Part shown: piece after piece, positions 8,935-17,121 of the stretch
Layout: the number at the start of each line of letters is the position of its first letter
Numbering within the stretch: the first letter of the stretch is position 1
Source: Bacteroidota bacterium
GTDB lineage: Bacteria > Bacteroidota > Bacteroidia > UKL13-3
DNA: 64,000 nt
Assembly (NCBI GenBank): GCA_025359805.1
Contig: JANYDU010000001.1
Location: forward strand, 15,421 to 79,420
Direction of reading: 5' to 3'
The notes under the pieces: generated by a model
Told to the model about the DNA's origin: nothing
Seen by the model: only the letters and a program-made list of their open reading frames with translations
The model's database searches: none
Position numbers and translations under genes: made by a program

Positions 8935-11403
8935 ATGAAAAAATCACTACTAATTTTATGTGCACTTATTGCAACTGTTGTTGCCAAAGCGCAGTATGGT
9001 CCTTATCCAATTATTCCAATTGATACGGTTCAGTTTGTAAGCTCTTCAAAACTAACGCGTGTGCCACCAACTGATTCTTCGGATTATGTAAATCCCGTTA
9101 AGAAAAATTTGCAATATGGAGATACGGTACGTGTAGATGGATATGTAATGATGGATCCTCGTGCGTATGGATTATCCATATCACGTAAAGGAACCTTTAT
9201 CCAACGTGATACCAACGGTACTGGAAAGCCATGGTCTGGTGTTTTGGTTTTAGCTGATCCAAGTCCAAGTGTTATTACCCCATCATCAATCACTGCTAAT
9301 AATACAATAGGCGGTTTTTTAACTGAAACTAAATTTTATAGTAACCTGCAAATGGGAACTAAAGTGCGTGTTACTGGAGTAATCAGGCAGTTTAATGTTA
9401 CAGGAACTTCAACAGGTGAAACACAAATTGATATGATTCATGATGTGTCAGCTAATTTAAATTCCGTTCAAGTATTGGATGCAACTCCAAGAACTATTTC
9501 TCCATTGGTTATGACAGTGGATTCATTTATGACCGGAAGCACTGCTGCTGGTAATGCTACTGTTAACAGAACAACGGCAGAAAAATATGCAGGAATGTAT
9601 GTAGAGTTAAGAAACGTAACAGTTGCTACCAGAGCAGCAAATGGAAGTAAATGGGTATGGTCTGTAATTGATGATAATGGTAATGCTATTCAGATAAGAG
9701 ATTTTTCAGGGTATTTTAGAAATGATGGTTTAGAAGACACATCTCTTCACTTGGCTCATAATTTTACTCCACCACAAATTGGAGCACGATTGGCTTATAT
9801 ACGTGGTGCCATCACTGAGGCAATTTCAAATGGTGTTCCAGTATATTGGATAGCTCCTTTAAACCCGAGTGATATTGGTGGAATTACTTATTCATCACCA
9901 AATGTTTCTTCGGTTAATCGCATTCCAAATATTGCTACTCCAACGGATAGCGTATTGATTGTAGCAACTGTTTTAACAGGTTCTCGTCCCGTAGCTACTG
10001 CAAAATTATTTTATACAGTTGGGTATAACTCTTTAGTTTTTGATTCAGTTGCTATGACAAAAAATATTCCTACACCTGGAGTTTGGTATGCAAAAATTCC
10101 TAATAAAGCTGTTGGTTCTATAGTTAAATATTGGATGAAAATTATTGATTCAAATGGCGTGTTTAAAAATTACCCTGATACATTTGGAACTAAATCAGCA
10201 TATATTGTTACAACAAATGGAATAAACTCAATTGCACAATTACAATATAGTCCATACACTGATGTATCAACCATTTGGAATAATGATTCATTATTAAATA
10301 TTAATATTCAAGGAACAGTAACTGGAATTAACTTTATAGCTACAGGGCAAAGTTTATTAACTATACAAAATGGAACAGGAGCAAACTCTGCAATTTATAT
10401 TCAGCGTGCTGCATCCAATGATGCAACAGCAGGTTGGGCAATTGGCGATTCAGTTGCTATTACTGCAGCAACTGTTAAAGAAACATTTAATGTAACAACA
10501 TTGAATAGCATTGCAGCAACAAAAATTTCAAGTGGACGTCCGTTACCTCCATTTGCAACAGGCTTACCTATTGATTCATTCCGATTAAACAAAGTATTAT
10601 ACGCTCGCCCATGGGAAGGTGTATTAATGCGTTGGGATAGTATGGTAGTGCTTAATGTAAATCCTGATGCGCCAAGTAATTTTTATGAATGGTCGTTTGC
10701 AAAAGATACTTTAGCTCCAACTGGTCTTCGTGTGGATGATATGAATGCATCAATACATAACGTAAGTGCGCTTGTAAGAAAAGGATTGAAATTAAATTTT
10801 GTTCAAGGCCCGATGTTTTTTAGCCATGGCGATTTTAAAATGATACCTCGTAGTTTAAATGATATTGATTTAAGTCGTATTGATTCTATTAAGCCTGTAG
10901 TTAGCCTTAAAGGAAAAGCATTTGATACAGTATTTGTAAACAGCACTTATGTTGATTCGGGAGCAACAGCATTGGATAATATTGATGGAGATATTACTTC
11001 AAAAATCGTAAAAGTAGGAACAGTAAATACTGCCGTACTTGGAAATTACACACTCACTTATTCTGCCACAGATAGCTGGGGAAATATAGGTACTGTTCAA
11101 AGAAAAGTGAACGTAAAATCGACAGTAGGTATTCATGAAAATGAAATAATGGCTGCTGCTGTTTCAATTTATCCTTCACCTGCACAAAATGAAATTACTA
11201 TTTCTGCAAGTGGAATTCAATCATTGCCTGTAACCATTTCGATAATTGATATTGTTGGAAAAGAACTGATGGCGAAACAAGTTAAGCAAGGAACTTTTGA
11301 AGAAAAAGTTGATATAACTAAACTTCAAAATGGAATTTACTTCTTAACTATCAGCAATGATAAAGGAAGCCGTACTATTAAGTTTTTAGTGAACGGTAAA
11401 TAA
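8935..11403 (+). CDS. T9SS type-A secreted protein with duplicated OB-fold-like modules and a DUF5011-like Ig domain
   Basis: Signal peptide. Two similar modules (DTVRVDG..TFIQ..GTKVRVTG..AEKYAGMYVEL and NINIQGTV..LTIQ..GDSVAIT..ARPWEGVLMRW), then PVVSLKG..ATALDNIDGDIT..GNYTLTY. C-terminal domain SIYPSPA..NGIYFLTI..TIKFLV. Confidence 0.75.
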   Translation: MKKSLLILCALIATVVAKAQYGPYPIIPIDTVQFVSSSKLTRVPPTDSSDYVNPVKKNLQYGDTVRVDGYVMMDPRAYGLSISRKGTFIQRDTNGTGKPWSGVLVLADPSPSVITPSSITANNTIGGFLTETKFYSNLQMGTKVRVTGVIRQFNVTGTSTGETQIDMIHDVSANLNSVQVLDATPRTISPLVMTVDSFMTGSTAAGNATVNRTTAEKYAGMYVELRNVTVATRAANGSKWVWSVIDDNGNAIQIRDFSGYFRNDGLEDTSLHLAHNFTPPQIGARLAYIRGAITEAISNGVPVYWIAPLNPSDIGGITYSSPNVSSVNRIPNIATPTDSVLIVATVLTGSRPVATAKLFYTVGYNSLVFDSVAMTKNIPTPGVWYAKIPNKAVGSIVKYWMKIIDSNGVFKNYPDTFGTKSAYIVTTNGINSIAQLQYSPYTDVSTIWNNDSLLNINIQGTVTGINFIATGQSLLTIQNGTGANSAIYIQRAASNDATAGWAIGDSVAITAATVKETFNVTTLNSIAATKISSGRPLPPFATGLPIDSFRLNKVLYARPWEGVLMRWDSMVVLNVNPDAPSNFYEWSFAKDTLAPTGLRVDDMNASIHNVSALVRKGLKLNFVQGPMFFSHGDFKMIPRSLNDIDLSRIDSIKPVVSLKGKAFDTVFVNSTYVDSGATALDNIDGDITSKIVKVGTVNTAVLGNYTLTYSATDSWGNIGTVQRKVNVKSTVGIHENEIMAAAVSIYPSPAQNEITISASGIQSLPVTISIIDIVGKELMAKQVKQGTFEEKVDITKLQNGIYFLTISNDKGSRTIKFLVNGK

Positions 11404-11424
11404 TATTTTTAATTTATTTTGATG

Positions 11425-11453
11425 AAAGCCTGCTGCAATTTGTAGCAGGCTTT
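11425..11453. terminator. Intrinsic terminator after the T9SS pair, probably bidirectional
   Basis: aaagcctgctgca-att-tgtagcaggcttt followed by T tract. Confidence 0.85.
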
Positions 11454-11456
11454 TTT

Positions 11457-11533
11457 CTTTTGTCATTCTGGTTTCTCTTCTTTTGTCATTCTGATTTCTC
11501 TTCTTTTGTCATTCTGAACGCAGAGAAGAATCT
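11457..11533. repeat. 23-bp direct repeat x3 derived from a GTCATTCTGA REP-like unit
   Basis: cttttgtcattctg(g/a)tttctctt twice, then cttttgtcattctgaacgcagagaagaatct. Confidence 0.8.
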
Positions 11534-11656
11534 GTCATGCTGAGGCACGAAACATCTTGCAGTGCACAAGGCAATACTGCCCATCAGAAAACTATATTGT
11601 TAAAATTATCATCCAATTCCATCGCCAATGCAGATGCTTTGTTCCTCAGCATGACA
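11533..11656. mobile_element. 124-bp MITE/BIME-like element with 25-bp terminal inverted repeats
   Basis: tgtcatgctgaggcacgaaacatct (11533-11557) versus agatgctttgttcctcagcatgaca (11632-11656): 22/25 complementary. No coding capacity. Confidence 0.65.
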
Positions 11657-11663
11657 AGGGACT

Positions 11664-12446
11664 TTATTGCTCATACCTAAACATAGTGGAAACATTATTT
11701 GCAATAGTAGTTGCCAATGAAGGATTGATGGTGTAAGTATCTGTTGTATTTTGTGTTTTAAGATTGATACCATTTAACAATTTTCCATAATCACATGTGA
11801 TATGAACTTCTTGATTTTGGTTTGCCAAAACGGTAAAATTTTGTTGAGGCATGGTAATGTTTTTTAGTAAAGCATTGGAACCAATTTTAAAACTGAACGG
11901 AACATTTAAAGCACCAGCATGAGTTGCACTTGTATCTGCTATTCCCTGAAAATTCATAAAAATATATCCTTGTGATGTATTGCCAAACCACATTGGAGGA
12001 TTTTGTGAATATAACGGACTTAATGAATCAAACGAGGAAGGTTTTTTTACATTTGTTGTGGCATCAATTCCAACAGTAAATGAAACAGAAGTATAATTTC
12101 CGGCAGGTAAATTTCCAACCAAATACATTTCTGGGTCGTATTTTTTAAGTAGGTAAACACCACTCATTTCATAAAATGAACCATCTACTTTTTGAGCCTT
12201 TATTCCCGAAATATAAAACTGTGCAAGGCTCACAGAAATCCTGTGTCCATAGGCATCCATTAAAGTATCTCCGTAATTTGCTTCTATAGTATCAATATTG
12301 GTATGCAAATGAAAAGATAAAGTTCCTGTTGCAGTTGGTTGATTATTAACCGGACTTGTATTATCACTTTTTTTACAAGATGAAATAGCTATTACAATGA
12401 GTAAAAAAAGGAAGAAAATTATTGGTGTTAATTTTGAAGTTTTCAT
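11664..12446 (-). CDS. MbnP-like lipoprotein (putative copper binding)
   Basis: Lipobox ISSC after ATG 12446; motifs FYISGI, VSFTVGID, GYIFMNFQG, YHIG-equivalent FKIG, CDYGKLL, TIANN. Confidence 0.7.
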   Translation of the reverse strand: MKTSKLTPIIFFLFLLIVIAISSCKKSDNTSPVNNQPTATGTLSFHLHTNIDTIEANYGDTLMDAYGHRISVSLAQFYISGIKAQKVDGSFYEMSGVYLLKKYDPEMYLVGNLPAGNYTSVSFTVGIDATTNVKKPSSFDSLSPLYSQNPPMWFGNTSQGYIFMNFQGIADTSATHAGALNVPFSFKIGSNALLKNITMPQQNFTVLANQNQEVHITCDYGKLLNGINLKTQNTTDTYTINPSLATTIANNVSTMFRYEQ

Positions 12447-12465
12447 ATTATTTAGTTTAAGAATT

Positions 12466-13503
12466 TTAAAAAGTAATCTGCCAACCGGCATATAAAAATT
12501 GTTGTTGTTTCATTTGAATTCCATTTACATTTTGGTAAACCGGAATTCCATATTCAACAGAAAATTTATTTCTTGATTTCACATAAAAGTTTGCCCCTAT
12601 GTATGCACTTATTTTTTCGCCCCCACTATTATTTGCATTTGAAGAAGGCTCATTGATTGAGTACAATCTGTTATCAAAACCAGTTATTGCATTTGTAAAA
12701 TTATATTCGGCACGTACAGAATTACTAAACCATTTATGCCATTTATAAACACTCCATGAAGTAAAATTTAATTCATTTCCCAAACGATATTGTGCAGCAT
12801 TATCGTTTAATCTTACAATTGCTATTCCTTGAGCACCCCAATAAAAACTATTATACCGACCGATGTAAGTGATGCCTGGTAGTAATTCAAAGGAACCCGA
12901 ACCTAACTGCATAACATACGATGAAATCTTATTTTGGTTCATAGATGAGTTATCGGTAACATTAATATTTCCTGTTGGTAAACTTACACCAGCAGTTAAT
13001 GAAATGATATGTTGTTTTTTATTTATGAGTTTATAAATGGCGTATAATTTAGTATCGCTAATTCCAGATGTGGAGCCAATCATTTGCCCATTGTTTAATG
13101 TTGGCATTTCCATTCCTTTCATTTGTGGCGATGAAGATGGAAACATATTCATACTCATTGTTTGAGTATTATAATTAAACATTCCCATTAAAGTGAATTT
13201 ATTTGATATGCCATACATTGCCATCACCATGTGCATGTTCATCATCATTTTATCAGGGCTCATAATATATTGATTGAATACTTGATTATCGCTTACATTT
13301 TTTGTTCCAGAAATACTTCCATCCATCATCATATTCATATACCGATACGAAAACATCCACTCTCCTTTTTGATGATTGTTAAACAGCATTACACCTGCAG
13401 GAGCTTGTCCAGCTGGGCTTGTGGCACAACAACTTTCATCACATTGTGCAAATGATTTTAAACAAACACATAGCAACATCACAACAAATAAATTTGTCTT
13501 CAT
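12466..13503 (-). CDS. Met-rich outer-membrane beta-barrel transporter (putative Cu/metal uptake)
   Basis: Signal peptide; APAGVM..KGEWMFSYRYM; GISDTKL; GVSLPTG; MQLGSGS; terminal aromatic residue (WQITF). The ORF track starts at 13518; ATG 13503 is preferred. Confidence 0.65.
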   Translation of the reverse strand: MKTNLFVVMLLCVCLKSFAQCDESCCATSPAGQAPAGVMLFNNHQKGEWMFSYRYMNMMMDGSISGTKNVSDNQVFNQYIMSPDKMMMNMHMVMAMYGISNKFTLMGMFNYNTQTMSMNMFPSSSPQMKGMEMPTLNNGQMIGSTSGISDTKLYAIYKLINKKQHIISLTAGVSLPTGNINVTDNSSMNQNKISSYVMQLGSGSFELLPGITYIGRYNSFYWGAQGIAIVRLNDNAAQYRLGNELNFTSWSVYKWHKWFSNSVRAEYNFTNAITGFDNRLYSINEPSSNANNSGGEKISAYIGANFYVKSRNKFSVEYGIPVYQNVNGIQMKQQQFLYAGWQITF

Positions 13504-13602
13504 AAAAATTTTGTTCACGAATTTTTGTATCGATAAAAATAAATAGTCAGCACATTTTCGCTAAAGAAAATTGCAGAAATAATGGAGAGTAAAAATAAAT
13601 GC

Positions 13603-13974
13603 TTAACCTATTTGAGGAGGCTGAAAAATGCTAAACAGCGGGCAAGGATAAGTTGAAGTTTGTGAGCTTACAATAGGTTTGTTTGATGATGAAGAAAAAC
13701 AAATAAGTTGAAATTTTTCAGTTGAGCAAAAGAGTGTAAGCTCCTGAATTTCTTTTAAACTAAAGGGTATCTTTTTTGAATTTTCATCTTCAGATTTTAG
13801 TTGTTTATTCATGTAGCATTTTCCGTTACAATGCATTTGAGGCTTATTCTTATTTACACAAAAAGCCGATGTGATATAGGCTTTATTGAGCTGATAATAG
13901 AGGTACATCTCCACTTTACTAAAAAACTGGAGCATCAATACAAACAATAAAAATATAGAAATTATTTTTTTCAA
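13603..13974 (-). CDS. Small membrane-targeted Cys-motif protein (C-x9-C-x3-C) with C-terminal FQPP; DUF2946/CruR-like uORF candidate
   Basis: Hydrophobic N-terminus; CVNKNKPQMHCNGKCYM; ends SIFQPPQIG. First gene of the Met-rich barrel/MbnP unit. Confidence 0.65.
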   Translation of the reverse strand: MKKIISIFLLFVLMLQFFSKVEMYLYYQLNKAYITSAFCVNKNKPQMHCNGKCYMNKQLKSEDENSKKIPFSLKEIQELTLFCSTEKFQLICFSSSSNKPIVSSQTSTYPCPLFSIFQPPQIG

Positions 13975-13981
13975 TGCGCCC

Positions 13982-13989
13982 CAAATGTA
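13982..13989 (-). promoter_or_regulatory. -7 promoter box TACATTTG 7 nt upstream of the uORF TTG
   Basis: Exact TAnnTTTG match, implying a near-leaderless transcript. Confidence 0.55.
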
Positions 13990-14158
13990 AATGTAAAATC
14001 TGAAATGAAAATAGTAACTGACAAAAATTAGGAAATTATTAAGCCCTACAATTCAGAGATATCAATTAGATATTATTTTTAAAATCTGTGGAAGCCTATT
14101 TTACAAGACTTTTCTTTTAAATAATGCAAACACTTTAAAAAATTCTTAGTAGTATTGT

Positions 14159-15496
14159 TTGCGTATGACAAAGTTAAATTTCAAAAAAGTTAAAGCATTT
14201 TTTGTGCATGATGTTTGGCATGTTAAAATTGAAAAATTTCCAGTTTGGCAAAGATGGTTTATCCGTTTTTTAAGAATTGTGATTCTTGGCATCAGAGGTT
14301 ATCAAGAAAAAAATTTAGTGCTTAGCGCATCTGCATTAACTCTTTACACTATACTTTCTATTGTTCCTGTAATTGCCATGATATTTGGAATTGCTCAAGG
14401 TTTTGGGCTTGAAGCCTATCTTACACAACAATTAAAAGAAGCCTTTTCATCACAACCGGAAGTACTCAATAATTTACTAACCTATTCACATAATATGCTT
14501 AGCAGTGCGCATGGAGGATTGATAGCCGGACTTGGATTTATATTATTAATTTGGTCGGTTGTGCAAGTGTTGGGGAATATTGAAAGTGCTTTTAATGCTA
14601 TTTGGTTTGTAACAAAAAGTCGTTCGTGGACTCGAAAATTTACAGATTATTTAGCAATAATGTTGGTGGCTCCAATTTTTATTATTTTAACGGGTACAGC
14701 TAATATTTTTATCTCCACAGAAATTATAACTATTGCAAATGATATTGCATTTTTAGGAAAAGGCGCACAAAATTTAATTATTATCTCCATTAATTTTATT
14801 CCGTATTTAACCACTTCTTTATTATTTTTTATGGTGTATTTGGTGATGCCCAATACACGCGTAAAACCTAAAGTAGCGCTAATATCTGGAGTGATAACCG
14901 GAAGTGTTTTTCAATGGTTTCAATGGTTGTATATTGGGTTTCAAATTGGTGTTTCAAAATACAATACGGTGTATGGTAGTTTTGCTTCAATCCCATTATT
15001 TATTATTTGGCTTCAATACAGTTGGATTATTGTTTTAGTGGGAGCCGAAATCTCTTATTGTATTCAAAATATAGTGCATGTAGAAGGCGAAAAACAAACT
15101 AAAAATATCAGTCATAAAATGCGCATGTTGTATAGTTTATACATCATCAATTTTATTGTAAAAAGATTTAAAAATGCAGAACGTGCTCCCGATGTTGGTG
15201 AAATTTCTGATAAGCTAGAGGTGCCGTTAAACCTATGTAGAACTCTCATTGAAAATATGTTGCGATGTAATTTGGTTGCCGAAACAATTGAAGAGTATAG
15301 CAAAGAGCATTGTTATATTCCCGCACTTGATATTGCACATTTAAAATTAGGCTTTATCATTAATAAATTAGAAAGTAGGGGCGATTTAAAACGTATTGGA
15401 AATTCGGATACACTTCATCATATCAAAATAAATTATAACGATTTGGAACAAGCGATGAACGATTCTTCATCCAATAAAAACATTGCCGATTTTTAA
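14159..15496 (+). CDS. YihY/virulence factor BrkB family membrane protein with C-terminal wHTH-like domain
   Basis: ASALTLYTILSIVP, IESAFNAIW, YNTVYGSFASIPLFIIWLQYSWIIVLVGAE. Confidence 0.9.
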   Translation: MRMTKLNFKKVKAFFVHDVWHVKIEKFPVWQRWFIRFLRIVILGIRGYQEKNLVLSASALTLYTILSIVPVIAMIFGIAQGFGLEAYLTQQLKEAFSSQPEVLNNLLTYSHNMLSSAHGGLIAGLGFILLIWSVVQVLGNIESAFNAIWFVTKSRSWTRKFTDYLAIMLVAPIFIILTGTANIFISTEIITIANDIAFLGKGAQNLIIISINFIPYLTTSLLFFMVYLVMPNTRVKPKVALISGVITGSVFQWFQWLYIGFQIGVSKYNTVYGSFASIPLFIIWLQYSWIIVLVGAEISYCIQNIVHVEGEKQTKNISHKMRMLYSLYIINFIVKRFKNAERAPDVGEISDKLEVPLNLCRTLIENMLRCNLVAETIEEYSKEHCYIPALDIAHLKLGFIINKLESRGDLKRIGNSDTLHHIKINYNDLEQAMNDSSSNKNIADF

Positions 15497-16071
15497 TGCC
15501 GAGTTTAACTCCTCAACACATTTTACAGGCGTATTCACTTGGTGTTTTTCCGATGGCTCATGCCGATGAAGGGAATAAAATTTATTGGCACGAACCCGAA
15601 ATGAGAGGCATCATTCCGCTCGATGGATTAAAAATTAGTAAGTCTCTGCAACAAACTATACGATCTCAAAAATTTTATATAACCATCAATAAAAGTTTTA
15701 TTGAAGTGATGCGAAATTGTGCCAATAGAAAAGAAACTTGGATTTCGGAGGAAATTATTCAAATGTTTACCGAACTAAAAGAATTAGGTTATGCTTTTAG
15801 TTTTGAAACAAGAAACGAAAAACAAGAATTGGTTGGAGGGTTATATGGCGTGGCAATGGGTAAAGCATTTTTTGGCGAATCAATGTTTCAGATAGAAAAC
15901 GATGCATCAAAAGTAGCATTGGTGCATTTGGTTGATTGGCTCAAAACAAATCATTTTATACTTCTCGATACCCAATATGTTACCAAACATTTAATTACTT
16001 TAGGTGCAATTGAAATTACCCAGCACGATTATTTAATAAGATTATGTGAAGCGCTTAAAGATGTGTTGTAA
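15496..16071 (+). CDS. aat: Leucyl/phenylalanyl-tRNA-protein transferase
   Basis: AYSLGVFPM, YWHEPEMRGII, TWISEE, LVGGLYGVAMGKAFFGESMF, DASKVAL, LLDTQ. Confidence 0.96.
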   Translation: MPSLTPQHILQAYSLGVFPMAHADEGNKIYWHEPEMRGIIPLDGLKISKSLQQTIRSQKFYITINKSFIEVMRNCANRKETWISEEIIQMFTELKELGYAFSFETRNEKQELVGGLYGVAMGKAFFGESMFQIENDASKVALVHLVDWLKTNHFILLDTQYVTKHLITLGAIEITQHDYLIRLCEALKDVL

Positions 16072-16090
16072 TCTTATATTTGTTTCTGAA

Positions 16091-17110
16091 ATGCTTAAGA
16101 ATTATTTCGGTTTAGGATTAAAAATTATTTTGTTGTTGTGTTTATTTGTTCAAACAACATTAGCACAATTATTTTTTGGAAACAGAATGCAATTTACACA
16201 GCTTTCTATCGATTATAAAGCGCTCCCAACACGCTCTGTTAAACAACCTGATAGTAATTACAAATACGCTTCTCATGAGTTTGGAATGAGTGCATTTGTG
16301 CCGGTTTATGCTAAACAATTTGAACATGCTGAGCAAAAAAATAATCTTGGAATTTTTGTTACACCAACACTTCGGTTTAGCAATTTTAATTTAAGTTATT
16401 TACCCTCAAGAATTTTTATAAACGCAGGGTGTGGTGTAGGAACTTATTATCACTTTAAACAAAAAAATACACTTACGGCAATACTGCAAGCACAAGTAAA
16501 TGAAGATGAATTTACTATTAATAATGTGGTATTAAGGTATGGAGGGATGCTTGTTTATAACCATAAAAGTAGTGAGCGTTTTTCCTATTATTTAGGAACA
16601 ACTTATACGTATATTTTTGGTGATGGATATTTACTTCCTGTTATTGGCGGTCGATTTAAAATGGGAAAAACATCACAATTAATGGTTGCACTTCCCTATC
16701 ATATTAATTTTACGCATCGCTTTAATTCAAAACTTAGATTATCCGTTTCATTAAAACCAAATGGAGGAATTAACCGTTACCAAAACCGATATAATTTTAA
16801 TACCAATGATGAAGTATTGATGATGCGTAGGCGAAGTTTAGTATTTGGAACAAGTTTATATTATCAACTAAAAAATAATATTTTAATAGGTGGCGAATTA
16901 GCTGCTGTATTGGCACAAAAAGTAACTTTTACTACACAAGATAATTCACAAACCTTTGTAAGTAATAGTATTGCTAACGGGCTGCAATTAAGCTTACGAT
17001 TAATTTGGAGACCTTGGCAAAATACCCTGCGGAATAAAGAAAAAATGGCTAAACAAAAAGCCTCTGAATACCCTGATGATTTAAATGATACAGATATTTT
17101 AGGGCTTTAG
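16091..17110 (+). CDS. Outer-membrane beta-barrel protein (DUF6268-like)
   Basis: Signal peptide from ATG 16091; alternating amphipathic strands; YLLPVIG motif. Confidence 0.6.
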   Translation: MLKNYFGLGLKIILLLCLFVQTTLAQLFFGNRMQFTQLSIDYKALPTRSVKQPDSNYKYASHEFGMSAFVPVYAKQFEHAEQKNNLGIFVTPTLRFSNFNLSYLPSRIFINAGCGVGTYYHFKQKNTLTAILQAQVNEDEFTINNVVLRYGGMLVYNHKSSERFSYYLGTTYTYIFGDGYLLPVIGGRFKMGKTSQLMVALPYHINFTHRFNSKLRLSVSLKPNGGINRYQNRYNFNTNDEVLMMRRRSLVFGTSLYYQLKNNILIGGELAAVLAQKVTFTTQDNSQTFVSNSIANGLQLSLRLIWRPWQNTLRNKEKMAKQKASEYPDDLNDTDILGL

Positions 17111-17121
17111 AAAATGGCCTG

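Noticed and set aside
11457-11533. CRISPR array
   Set aside because: The 23-bp units are contiguous with no unique spacers, and there are no cas genes.
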